Virus record (IMG/VR): IMGVR_UViG_3300046615_000401
Span: 14,998-78,997 of that record
From: a virus
Taxonomy: Duplodnaviria > Caudoviricetes
Strand: one strand, 5' to 3'
Length of the DNA stretch: 64,000 nt
Shown here: piece after piece, positions 43,284 through 52,049 of the stretch
Position numbering within the stretch: the first letter of the stretch is position 1
Layout: each line of letters opens with the position of its first letter
Made by a program: the position numbers and the translations under genes
The notes under the pieces: model-generated
What the model was told of the DNA's origin: nothing
The model's database searches: none
What the model saw: only the letters and a program-made list of their open reading frames with translations

Positions 43284-44570
43284 TTAGCCGAAGTCGCCGG
43301 TGAGGTACACCTGGTGCCGGGCACGCGATACGCCCACATACAGCAGCCGGGCAATCTGATCACCACTGTTGCAGCGCGCCACATCGTCCAGGTCAATGAA
43401 CACCTTGTCGTAGGTGGAACCCTGGCTCTTGTTGATGGTCTGGGCATAGGCTGCTCGCAGATCGATCCAATTCTCTTCGATCTCCCGCATGACGTGGTAG
43501 TCATCCATGGCACGGGCACGCTTCAGGCGTTCATTGCGACCAGCCAGCGTCTTCGGAAAGAAACAGCGGTTGACGTAGTCCACGGTGATGAAGTTGCCCA
43601 GCACATCCTGATGGATGATCGGATCTTCGATGGCGGTGATATACACCATGGCGTCGGTCTTGATACCGTTCTTGCCCACCATGACGTGCTTGTTGCACAC
43701 GGCATAGTCACCCACGATGAAGTGGGGATCCCCGGTGATCTGGTTGTTGACAGCATGGTTGTAGCCGATCACACAGTTATTGGTCCAGCCCAGGATCTTG
43801 GAATCGCGGTAGTGCCAGTCACTGCGGGTGAACTCGGCAATGATGGCATCCTCAAAATCGCTGCGCGGCAGATGGTGGATATGCTGGCCATCTGGTTTGA
43901 AGGGTGTCCAGATACCGGTGCCCACGGTGTTGCGGAACTGTGTGGCCAGATCAATGATGGGATTGCCTTCAGCCTGGCGCATGACCTTCTCCAAGCTGGC
44001 CGTGGTGAAGCCAGCATCGAATACTGGCGTGGTAGAGGATTTCACTGGCGTCAGCTGGGCTGGATCACCGATGAACATGATCTTGCAATTGTCGGTTTGC
44101 CGGAAGATATGCGTTAGCAGTCCACTGTCGATGTAACTGGCTTCGTCGATGATCAGGATGTAGCCGCGCTCCGGGATCTGCGAACGGGGGATCAGCTGAG
44201 TAACACCGGTGCGGAAGTCCTTCGACACACGCAAGCCAAGGAAGCTGTGGATGGTGCGTACTTCCCTGCCGGTGATCTCGGCGAACGCCTCCGCTGCCTT
44301 GTTGGTGGTGGCGGTCAGGGCGATCTGGTACTCGTAGGCATTCGGATTGACCAACTTGGCCATCTTCAGGTACTTATCCATGTTGTCCATCATGGTTTTC
44401 ACCAGCGTGGACTTACCGGTGCCGGCGTAACCCTGCAGCACAAACACCTGCTCGGACGGACTGAGCAGGAATTTGACAAAGGCATCCAGCGCGGCCTGCT
44501 GGTCATCAGACAGGGTGAAGGGCTCGACTACTGTTTCCAGTTCGGTGTCGAGATTGATATCGTCGCTCAT
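43284..44570 (-). CDS. SF1B DNA helicase (Dda/RecD-like; N4 gp37-like)
   Basis: GYAGTGKS, IIDEAS, GDPAQL.PV, TINKSQGSTY, YVGVSRAR. Confidence 0.95.
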   Translation of the reverse strand: MSDDINLDTELETVVEPFTLSDDQQAALDAFVKFLLSPSEQVFVLQGYAGTGKSTLVKTMMDNMDKYLKMAKLVNPNAYEYQIALTATTNKAAEAFAEITGREVRTIHSFLGLRVSKDFRTGVTQLIPRSQIPERGYILIIDEASYIDSGLLTHIFRQTDNCKIMFIGDPAQLTPVKSSTTPVFDAGFTTASLEKVMRQAEGNPIIDLATQFRNTVGTGIWTPFKPDGQHIHHLPRSDFEDAIIAEFTRSDWHYRDSKILGWTNNCVIGYNHAVNNQITGDPHFIVGDYAVCNKHVMVGKNGIKTDAMVYITAIEDPIIHQDVLGNFITVDYVNRCFFPKTLAGRNERLKRARAMDDYHVMREIEENWIDLRAAYAQTINKSQGSTYDKVFIDLDDVARCNSGDQIARLLYVGVSRARHQVYLTGDFG

Positions 44571-44839
44571 TTTGGTTTTCCATAGATCAGGGTGAGGGTG
44601 TCTTCGACGGCTGCATCATCAATGCAAGCCAAGGCCGAATCAGGATCATCGATACCGCCAGCCAGGCAATCAATCTGTTCGATGATGGCTTCATTCTGGT
44701 CATCGGTGAAGGCATAGGTGCGCGTGGTCACTTCTTCCAGTTCACGCAAAGCAGCCCACCAACGCAGCTTGGCGGCCACTGCGGCAGCCAGCTTAATCCG
44801 GATGGTTTCATTTCGTGCAATGACTTGATCAGGGCTCAT
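44567..44839 (-). CDS. Hypothetical protein 90 aa
   Basis: ATGA coupling on both sides. Confidence 0.65.
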   Translation of the reverse strand: MSPDQVIARNETIRIKLAAAVAAKLRWWAALRELEEVTTRTYAFTDDQNEAIIEQIDCLAGGIDDPDSALACIDDAAVEDTLTLIYGKPK

Positions 44840-45156
44840 GGTTCGTCTTTCTGAATGGGGTTTTTCGCAGCGAGCAACTTGGCTTTTTGTTCCCGCAATT
44901 CCTGCACTCTGTTGTTGTAGTTGTCATTCAACCGTTGGATCTTTTCATCCAATATTTCTACTGTTTGTTGTGATGGAATGTAAGTCGCAGGTACCGTGAA
45001 ATTAACAAGATATTCTCCGATATGCACCATGTCCTGGAATGGGTACATGGAAACACACAGGCCGCCCTGTGTTTGCACCATGACATGCACAGGAATCGCC
45101 AGTGTTGTACCTGGCGTTATTTCCTCTGGCTTGATGAGGTTGAGTAGTGTAAGCAT
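44836..45156 (-). CDS. Hypothetical protein 106 aa with C-terminal coiled coil
   Basis: AAGGAG RBS before the Met at 45156. Confidence 0.65.
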   Translation of the reverse strand: MLTLLNLIKPEEITPGTTLAIPVHVMVQTQGGLCVSMYPFQDMVHIGEYLVNFTVPATYIPSQQTVEILDEKIQRLNDNYNNRVQELREQKAKLLAAKNPIQKDEP

Positions 45157-45166
45157 GAAGCACTCC

Positions 45167-46330
45167 TTATTCCGTATGGGTTTTGTAATGGATGACCTTG
45201 CCGAACGGTGCCGTCCACTCTGGGTTGTCATGGATTATCCACAGTACACTGGCACTGCAGTGTTCCCGGTCATGGCAGAAGCCACCATCGCTAAAGATCA
45301 TCGCCACCTTGGGCTTGGTCTTCTCGATGTGGTCCAGCACCTCTGTGATGTTGGTGCCCCCCCTGCCAGTGAACTTCACGTTGGCCAGGTCCATGACATT
45401 GCGCACCGTAGTGATCGACTTGATGTGCGTGTCAAACTGACCCAGTTCGATCTTCTTTGGCTTCATCATCTTCAAGATGCCGTGCAGCTCAGAGATGAAG
45501 CGCAAGAAGTCTTCATCGGTTTCCGAACCGGAGATATCCATCCATGCCTGGAAGTCGACCATGGCGCCTTCGCTCCACAGGGAGGGCAGGTAGTGCTGCG
45601 GGAAGAAACGCCGATTCGGTCGCTTCCAGGAATAGTCGAACTTGCCCAGTTCCTTGAGCCATTTGCGCACGATGGTTTGCCATGGCAGTTTAGGATTCAG
45701 CAGCTGGTCCAGGTACAGATCAATACCCCCCGGTACCGAACCAGGAGGCTCATTGGCCATCTTGGACATGGTGGCAGCACGGATGATGATGTCGTCGATG
45801 GCTTTCTTCAGCGTTCGATCATCCATGTCAGGCGCATCCCGCAGATCGTCCATGCCGCATTCTGGCTTGGGCATAGTCGGCATCTGCTGCTGTTCCGCGT
45901 GCAGGATGTCGTACACCTGCTCGGTGCTCATGTCCGTGAAGCGCGGATCTGCCAAGCGGAAGCCAGGTAGCTTGAATCCCCTGGCTTCGAGCATCAGATT
46001 AATCACATGGTCGCCGGCAGCATTCCACAGCTTGTGGTCACGGTTACCCTTGCGGGCGCCGATGTGCATATACGCCGGATGACAGGCTTCATGCACCAGC
46101 ACACCGATGCGCTCATCCGGAGTCAGGCTGTGGAAGAAGTTGGGATTGAAGCCTACCTTCAAGCCAGTGGTCCAGGCAGTCGGATGGGTATCGTCCCAGA
46201 CAAACTTCATGCTGAACAGGATGGTGGTGAAGAAGGCACTGCCGGGCTTTTGCATCAGTCCGATCTTGGCCTGATTCAGCAGTTTTTTCAGGGAGACGTC
46301 ATCGTCATAGTTGACAGCTTGGGCTTGCAT
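45167..46330 (-). CDS. Metallopeptidase-like (HExxH) + vWA domain protein (N4 gp25-like, DUF2201)
   Basis: TAWTTG...FNPNF...LVHEACH...WNAAGDHVIN; vWA DISGS, GRGGT, FSDG. Confidence 0.88.
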   Translation of the reverse strand: MQAQAVNYDDDVSLKKLLNQAKIGLMQKPGSAFFTTILFSMKFVWDDTHPTAWTTGLKVGFNPNFFHSLTPDERIGVLVHEACHPAYMHIGARKGNRDHKLWNAAGDHVINLMLEARGFKLPGFRLADPRFTDMSTEQVYDILHAEQQQMPTMPKPECGMDDLRDAPDMDDRTLKKAIDDIIIRAATMSKMANEPPGSVPGGIDLYLDQLLNPKLPWQTIVRKWLKELGKFDYSWKRPNRRFFPQHYLPSLWSEGAMVDFQAWMDISGSETDEDFLRFISELHGILKMMKPKKIELGQFDTHIKSITTVRNVMDLANVKFTGRGGTNITEVLDHIEKTKPKVAMIFSDGGFCHDREHCSASVLWIIHDNPEWTAPFGKVIHYKTHTE

Positions 46331-46362
46331 GGTGACCTCGGAGGGTATAAGGGGAAGGGAAT

Positions 46363-46671
46363 TCAACCGGGCGCGGCGACGCGCATGCCAGTCTTGAATT
46401 CGATAATGTCTTTAAGGTCTACCCCACAGTCTTCCATCATGGAGGCTTCGTGTTCGGCCAGGAAGGCTTGCAGGCGCTCGATACGCAGCCTGTGGTACTC
46501 GGTGGTCCGGATGCTGATCTGCATGCGCAAATCCGCGTATTCTGCACGAGTTTGCGACTCAAGTACATGCAGCTGTGCATGTTTTAGTTCGGCCAGAGCC
46601 ACTTGTTGTGGACTAGGCATCCAGCGTTGGGTCCAGCGGTCAAACCAGCTGGGTAATTGACCGATGGTCAT
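46363..46671 (-). CDS. Hypothetical protein 102 aa
   Basis: GGAG RBS; P(S)PQQVAL.EL..AQL..LE..T..EYA...YH..RIERL pattern. Confidence 0.65.
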   Translation of the reverse strand: MTIGQLPSWFDRWTQRWMPSPQQVALAELKHAQLHVLESQTRAEYADLRMQISIRTTEYHRLRIERLQAFLAEHEASMMEDCGVDLKDIIEFKTGMRVAAPG

Positions 46672-46690
46672 GAGAATCTCCGATAAATGG

Positions 46691-46710
46691 AAAAGGCCGC
46701 ATCAGCGGCC
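46691..46710 (-). terminator. Intrinsic terminator
   Basis: Minus strand GGCCGC-TGAT-GCGGCC-TTTT. Confidence 0.65.
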
Positions 46711-46735
46711 AATTGTGAGGTGAGTGAGTACTTAC

Positions 46736-46897
46736 TTAGTACGACAGGGCCGTGGTCAGTGTCTTGTAGTCCTGCTGCTTACGTTCTTCCGCAACCTGTT
46801 TGACATGCCGTGCTTCGGCTTCAGCCGGCGTCAAGGGGGTAGTGTTGCAGGCAGCCAGGCTGGCCAGGATCAACAGCAGGGGGAGGATCTTTTTCAT
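46736..46897 (-). CDS. 53-aa lipoprotein (not in ORF track)
   Basis: MKKILPLLLILASLAA-C: basic N-terminus, hydrophobic core, canonical LAAC lipobox. Confidence 0.8.
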   Translation of the reverse strand: MKKILPLLLILASLAACNTTPLTPAEAEARHVKQVAEERKQQDYKTLTTALSY

Positions 46898-46923
46898 GAT
46901 GAGCTTTCGTTGTGGTTGAAGGA

Positions 46924-47448
46924 TTACTTGCTTGGTTTAATGCGGGGCTTGACGTGCGTGAGACTGTCCACCAGGTGATCCAGGCTGTGTGCTACATGTT
47001 TTTCGCCTGGTTCGGTGGTACTCGTATACACACGATAGACCAGTTCAGCACATGGATTAACAGGCACTCCAATTGCTGCAGCATTTCGGCTGACAATATC
47101 GGCACTGATGCCCGCTTCCAGCATGGCTTTCAGCTTCTCGTAGCGCTGAGCATTACGCACGATCTCCATGGCAACCTCTTTGGTTTCCTGGATTCGTTTA
47201 AGCTCTGGCAGTGGATTGAATAACTCCGGTGCCAAACGCCATACGATCTGCATCTTGCGCATGGCTTCGGCTTTGTTCTTGTACACACTGCGGTCATCAG
47301 ATTCCTTGACCCACACACCAGAAGGTATATGGGTGATCATCACACCGGTTTCCTGCCGGAGTATCCAGCCAGATGGTGGTGTGGTACGGTAAGTATCGAT
47401 ACGGATATCGGCCAGGTTCATTTCCACAAAATTGTCATGCGGTTCCAT
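46924..47448 (-). CDS. Peptide-chain-release-factor-like domain protein lacking GGQ
   Basis: DIRIDTYR....VMITHIPSGVWV....RSVYKNKAEAM matches RF domain 3; GGQ position reads PPSGW. Confidence 0.75.
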   Translation of the reverse strand: MEPHDNFVEMNLADIRIDTYRTTPPSGWILRQETGVMITHIPSGVWVKESDDRSVYKNKAEAMRKMQIVWRLAPELFNPLPELKRIQETKEVAMEIVRNAQRYEKLKAMLEAGISADIVSRNAAAIGVPVNPCAELVYRVYTSTTEPGEKHVAHSLDHLVDSLTHVKPRIKPSK

Positions 47449-47749
47449 GGATGTCCTCATGGGTCAGGTCCATCAGCAAGCACACCGGACGGTTAACGTC
47501 CTGCTCGAAGATGACGTTGAACTTCTCACCGGGGAAGTAGGTGGCCACCAGCAGCAGCTCACCAAAGGTTTCATCGGTGACCTCGGCCACTACGGCGCCC
47601 CAGCGCGGATTGACCGTCATGAAGCGCGCCACATTGGGCAGGCATTCGCTGATGCGGGAACCCCTGGTGATCCTCACCACTGGCTTGGCTTTGCCGCGGC
47701 CCGGTGAGGGACCATAGTAGGTGGTTTTGATGGTACGTTCGCTGTTCAT
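47435..47749 (-). CDS. Hypothetical protein 104 aa
   Basis: AGGA RBS before MNSERT; overlaps the HNH gene stop. Confidence 0.6.
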   Translation of the reverse strand: MNSERTIKTTYYGPSPGRGKAKPVVRITRGSRISECLPNVARFMTVNPRWGAVVAEVTDETFGELLLVATYFPGEKFNVIFEQDVNRPVCLLMDLTHEDIHGTA

Positions 47750-48123
47750 GCGGCGATCCTTTCGAGAGTGACGGGACACAGATCGCGTCCAAATAACTGG
47801 GCCTTGCCACGCAGCGTGTTGACGCTGTGCGTGACCGGCTCCAGATGGGCGGGGTTGATGCAGCAACGGGTACGGCAGACATGATCGAGCAACAAGCCTT
47901 CCGGGATGGGACCGTTGTAGGCTTCGTAGCACAGGCGGTGGGCCATCTTCTCGTTGCCGTCGTAATGTAGCCGGCCATAGCCGTTGCGATTGGTGCGGCC
48001 GACCCATACCCAGCATTCCCCCAGCGGGGCAATGATCAGGACCGGGACGATACGGTCTAACAGCTTGTTGATGATCCTTTCTGTGTGCTCCACTGCGATG
48101 ATGAAGGGATGGGATTGGTCCAT
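47746..48123 (-). CDS. Free-standing HNH endonuclease
   Basis: CWVW.G..N.NGYG...AHRL.YE...GPIP.GL.LDH.C..R.CINP.HLE.VT..VN..RG. Confidence 0.92.
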   Translation of the reverse strand: MDQSHPFIIAVEHTERIINKLLDRIVPVLIIAPLGECWVWVGRTNRNGYGRLHYDGNEKMAHRLCYEAYNGPIPEGLLLDHVCRTRCCINPAHLEPVTHSVNTLRGKAQLFGRDLCPVTLERIAA

Positions 48124-48132
48124 GGCTTTCCT

Positions 48133-48495
48133 TTAAGTGAGGATGGGTGTGACATGCATGATCTTGCTGATCATGTAAGCCACGCCGGCAATCTTGTGTT
48201 CATGCTTAGGCTCAAACGATTTCATGTGCGCCATGACGCATTGGAAGGTGGCCGGACCATCTTCACGGAAGCCAGGATTGAAAATAATTTCCCCGTCAGG
48301 TGCTGGATGACCAACGAACATGGCATCAGCGATGCGTGTGTAAATATTGGTCTGCCAGAACTCGGCGGGGATCTCCTCTTCTGGTGGTAGTAAGCGGGTG
48401 GTACCCCATACCGCTTCTGGCTTGGTGATGCTGTCGATGTCGGCCTGGGTGATACTCCAGGCTGCCTGTTCCACTGGCTTGGTTTTGCGGCTCAT
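48133..48495 (-). CDS. Conserved phage hypothetical protein (SFEPKHEHK motif)
   Basis: LLPPEEEIPAEF...SFEPKHEHKIAGVAY. Confidence 0.75.
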   Translation of the reverse strand: MSRKTKPVEQAAWSITQADIDSITKPEAVWGTTRLLPPEEEIPAEFWQTNIYTRIADAMFVGHPAPDGEIIFNPGFREDGPATFQCVMAHMKSFEPKHEHKIAGVAYMISKIMHVTPILT

Positions 48496-49148
48496 TTGGT
48501 TTCCTTTATGACGAGTCGATTTGCTAGATTTCGCAAGTCAGTAGCACACGCAGGGGATTCGTCTTTACGCTCCATATAATCCGCCAAGCTTTTAAGCATA
48601 CGGATGTCTATGGCTGTTACCTGCCCTTGGCTGCTACCGGCAGCGTCTAAGACCGTGCGGAATGCCTGCACAAGCTCCGCGCCATCCACCATGTCCCAAG
48701 CGCCGTGACCGAGTCCTACCAAATCGGTGACTTGTTCGATTACCTGCTCATCACTCAGCGTGGCCGGTGGAACTGGCGCGGCAGCGGCGAGACAAGCAGC
48801 AACGATATCGTAGGTAGTGTCGCTACCAGATTGCCGACACTGGTACACAATTGCATCAATCTGCGACTTGCTCAGCGTGGCCGGTTCTGGCGCATCGACT
48901 TGAAGGGCCGTGTAAAGTGGCGTGACAGATACCGATGCCGATACTTTGGCTTCGCCCTGCTGCGCCTGGAGGGCTGCGCGGAGGTTCCACGCGGCGATAG
49001 CAGAATCCTTGCTGGACTCCTTTCCAGACGGTCCTATGGTTCCGCAGTCAGCGCACTGGCAATAACTGTCAGTAGGCTCGTTGATGTGCTCATAGGGCTT
49101 AACATTTGCGCTGCCGCAGAAAGGGCAGTTTTCGATATGCATGCTCAT
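48492..49148 (-). CDS. Lar-like restriction-alleviation domain protein
   Basis: CPFCG...C..CG..GP...AIAAWN.R zinc-finger pattern in the first ~60 aa. Confidence 0.75.
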   Translation of the reverse strand: MSMHIENCPFCGSANVKPYEHINEPTDSYCQCADCGTIGPSGKESSKDSAIAAWNLRAALQAQQGEAKVSASVSVTPLYTALQVDAPEPATLSKSQIDAIVYQCRQSGSDTTYDIVAACLAAAAPVPPATLSDEQVIEQVTDLVGLGHGAWDMVDGAELVQAFRTVLDAAGSSQGQVTAIDIRMLKSLADYMERKDESPACATDLRNLANRLVIKETK

Positions 49149-49405
49149 GGCTGTCCTTCCGGTGCTGGGGCTGCCGCCAACATCGACAGGGCAATGGCCA
49201 TGCGCAAACTGCTACCCGTTGCACGCCTTGAAGCGGTGCTCATGCTGCGTGTGGCGCGATGTGGTTGCGTAGGTTTAGCCATATCTGCCAAGCGGCGCTG
49301 GCGGTCGAGTTCAGACCGATCCTGCCGGGCCTTCTCTTGCGCCGCTACGGCGGCGGCCTTGCGGTCTTCAAAAGAGCCGCGTTGCTTTGCTTGCCCCATG
49401 ATCAC
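49145..49405 (-). CDS. Small basic protein (MGQAKQRG motif)
   Basis: MGxAKxRG..E.R.A.A motif; coupled genes. Confidence 0.6.
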   Translation of the reverse strand: MIMGQAKQRGSFEDRKAAAVAAQEKARQDRSELDRQRRLADMAKPTQPHRATRSMSTASRRATGSSLRMAIALSMLAAAPAPEGQP

Positions 49406-50439
49406 GCACCTCCTACTGGAGCAGATGGGGCGGCGGCGATCATCTGCCGGTAAATTTCGCCGATGCTATTCACCGAGTCGTAACGTAGTGATTGACCGAT
49501 GAATGTCATTTTGTCAGTCGGCTGCACCGGAACCAGCTTCCAGCCAGCAGGCACGGCAACTGGTGCAGGTGGCGGGGCGGTGTAGAGCAAATCACCAGCA
49601 GAAACACGCGATTGCTCAGTGATTTTTGCCCAGTAAAAACTGTCATCCAGATTAAAATAAACCTTGCCCACCGGCTCCTTTTGCGCTGCTACTGGCTGCG
49701 CCTTCAGCCGCTCGGGCGCGTATTCTTTCAGATAGCTCAGGCCGAGATTAACCATTGCATGGGCCATGTCGGCACTGGTAGGAACCGGAATAGAATTTTG
49801 CACGCCAGGCTGGCGCAGGGCCATGCAGGCGCGGCCGTAGTCACGAGCTTGATCAATAGTGATGGTCCAGCGCTTGAGCCTTTCATCCCATGTGCCTTCA
49901 GGCAGCTGCGGCAGTTCCTCGCCCATGGCTGGGGTGGCGCAGCCGCAACGGGCGTTATTAGGGCAGTCGGCAGGCTTGACGCCACAGACGCCAAGGCTCG
50001 GATCACGCAAGCTGTTCAGCAGCTTTACAGCCTTCTCGCGCACTTCGCAGGTGGTCACGACAACATCACCGCCGCCAATGTCGTGCTCTTGGCTGTCGCT
50101 GATGAACTCACGCAGGATGGCCAGCGCTGATGCTTCACCGGATTCCGCCTTCGCTGGCTGTGCTGCGAGGGTGGCGCGGGCAGCTTGCCACGCAGTCCAT
50201 GCGGCCTCGGTTACGAAAGAAAGGTATTCTTCCCTTCCGCCGATTACATCATGCCGATGGATGCTTGCCAGTCTCGGGGCTGCCCATTCTGCCTCAAAAG
50301 CCGCCCGCTCATCCGGCGCTGCGCACTGTGCCTGTTTACGCCAGTCATTAATCTCGGCCTGCATCAGTTCCACAGCCAGCGATTCGCATTCACGCCGGCC
50401 GCTTTCGCTCATGCGCTGTTCCCATGGCTTCGGTATCAT
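49402..50439 (-). CDS. Mosaic Ead/Ea22-like hypothetical protein
   Basis: AWTAWQAARA, VPAGWKLVPVQPT...Y..MIAAAP modules typical of temperate-phage accessory genes. Confidence 0.65.
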   Translation of the reverse strand: MIPKPWEQRMSESGRRECESLAVELMQAEINDWRKQAQCAAPDERAAFEAEWAAPRLASIHRHDVIGGREEYLSFVTEAAWTAWQAARATLAAQPAKAESGEASALAILREFISDSQEHDIGGGDVVVTTCEVREKAVKLLNSLRDPSLGVCGVKPADCPNNARCGCATPAMGEELPQLPEGTWDERLKRWTITIDQARDYGRACMALRQPGVQNSIPVPTSADMAHAMVNLGLSYLKEYAPERLKAQPVAAQKEPVGKVYFNLDDSFYWAKITEQSRVSAGDLLYTAPPPAPVAVPAGWKLVPVQPTDKMTFIGQSLRYDSVNSIGEIYRQMIAAAPSAPVGGA

Positions 50440-50456
50440 CTTGGTTTCCTTGTAGG

Positions 50457-51527
50457 TTAGAACAGGTCTACTGCATGCTCAGCCAGCAGCTTGAGCATAT
50501 CCGGATTGTCTGCCAGCGAGCGGTCCCGGCCCAGGGTCATCCTGATGCAGACGATCTGGAATTCCAAGGGCAGGCGTTTCACATACTTCAACAGCTGGCC
50601 GATGTTGATGGGTGTGGCATGGTGGGCCATGGAGCCAGTGATAGCAAACAGAATGCTGGGCTCGTTGGAGACACGTATCTGCTCCGGCGCCGCAATGATG
50701 TCAGCGATGGTGGGCAGGTTAGTGTAGATGTCGCAGAACAGGATCAGCTCACGCGCCACACCTTCACTGAGCATGCCGGACAAGGCAGGCAGGGTATCGG
50801 TGTCATTGACGTCATTCTGGACGAGATAGTCATGCGCGAATTCCCAGGTGCGGGGCGCAGCGTAAGTACGGTCGCAGTGGTCCGGCTGGAAGGTGTACAG
50901 CAGACCGGGCTTGTACTCGATAAAGCTGACGATGCGGTGATCGAACTTCATCTTGGAGGCATGCTTCGACCATTCGATCGGGCACACTTCCAGGTCGATG
51001 TGGACGATCCGGCTTTGCAGGGCGGTGCTCATCTGCTCGACGATGGCACCATCGGTTTCCAGGTTACCTGCGGCCACCACAGCGACTTTGGAATGCAGAT
51101 GGTACTTGCCCACCATCCGGTCCAGCACGATCTTGTAGGCGGCTGCCTGCACCGCTACCGAGGCCGAATTGAATTCATCCAGGAATAGCAACCAACCAGC
51201 GTAGGGTTTGCCGGTGACTGGATTGATCGGCAGCTCATCTCCTTCAATTGGGAAGGTGTCCATGGGCACATAGCCGGCACGGCCGTTGTGGATTTGCGGG
51301 AAGCCAAGGAGGTCAGTCGGGTCGCATTGCGACAGCCGCAGGTCGATCAGGAACAGGTTGTACTCGGCGGCAATCTGCTTGACGATGGCACTCTTGCCGA
51401 TGGCCGGTGAACCATGGATCATCGGGACTTTCTTTGCTTTGATCAGTTTGGTGACCAGGCGAATGGCCTGGCTGATCTTGACGCTCAGATGGGTGACGGT
51501 ACTTTCTTGCTGCTGGTTCTTAGCCAT
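50457..51527 (-). CDS. AAA+ ATPase, MoxR/dynein-related (N4 gp24-like)
   Basis: GSPAIGKS, DLRLSQ.DP.DL.G.P, LFLDEFN, AGN, STALQSR. Confidence 0.92.
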   Translation of the reverse strand: MAKNQQQESTVTHLSVKISQAIRLVTKLIKAKKVPMIHGSPAIGKSAIVKQIAAEYNLFLIDLRLSQCDPTDLLGFPQIHNGRAGYVPMDTFPIEGDELPINPVTGKPYAGWLLFLDEFNSASVAVQAAAYKIVLDRMVGKYHLHSKVAVVAAGNLETDGAIVEQMSTALQSRIVHIDLEVCPIEWSKHASKMKFDHRIVSFIEYKPGLLYTFQPDHCDRTYAAPRTWEFAHDYLVQNDVNDTDTLPALSGMLSEGVARELILFCDIYTNLPTIADIIAAPEQIRVSNEPSILFAITGSMAHHATPINIGQLLKYVKRLPLEFQIVCIRMTLGRDRSLADNPDMLKLLAEHAVDLF

Positions 51528-51545
51528 GAGGGATTACTCCATGAA

Positions 51546-51576
51546 GCAGAACGCCTGTAGGTAAAGGCGCTCTGCT
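51546..51576 (-). terminator. Hairpin, possible terminator
   Basis: GCAGAGCGCCT...AGGCGTTCTGC with a short T-tract. Confidence 0.4.
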
Positions 51577-51602
51577 AGGTTGATGATGATGTCGGCGCCG
51601 GC

Positions 51603-52013
51603 TTAGTCGTCGAGGGCAGCCAGCTGCTTCTTGATTTCGTCTTCGCTCAGGGCTTCGATGGCCGCGTCCTGCTTCTTACCCAGCTGCTCGATCAGCTTGG
51701 CGCGCTTGGCTTGTTTCTCGGCCTTGGCCAGATTGGCAGCGTTCTCTTCCTGCTTAAACGCGATGACGTGCTTGATCAGTGCCAGCTGCAGTTCCAGTTC
51801 GGCGGCACGCGGGTGCGGCTTGGCATTGACCAGCGAGCGGGTGGTGGACGATTCCAGTTCCGCTACCACACCCTGGCCGACGGTATCCAGGTCGAAACCG
51901 GATTTGCTGGTCAGTGGCATGTCCCACAGCTGCTCTGCGGAGATGACGCCGCGATGGGTGCTGAAGCGGGTTTTCTGACGGACTGCTTGCTCGAAGATGT
52001 TGATGTTTTCCAT
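51603..52013 (-). CDS. Conserved phage protein (F.T.RG...EQLWD.PL...LD family)
   Basis: Motif plus helical C-terminus; directly downstream of the 682-aa gene. Confidence 0.8.
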   Translation of the reverse strand: MENINIFEQAVRQKTRFSTHRGVISAEQLWDMPLTSKSGFDLDTVGQGVVAELESSTTRSLVNAKPHPRAAELELQLALIKHVIAFKQEENAANLAKAEKQAKRAKLIEQLGKKQDAAIEALSEDEIKKQLAALDD

Positions 52014-52049
52014 GATGCTTGTTTCCTTTACTGGTTTGATGTTACTGGT

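Noticed and set aside
48496-50451. 11-bp direct repeats as att sites of an integrated element
   Set aside because: They are RBS sequences (AAGGAAACCAA) similar to others in the genome; no integrase or transposase present
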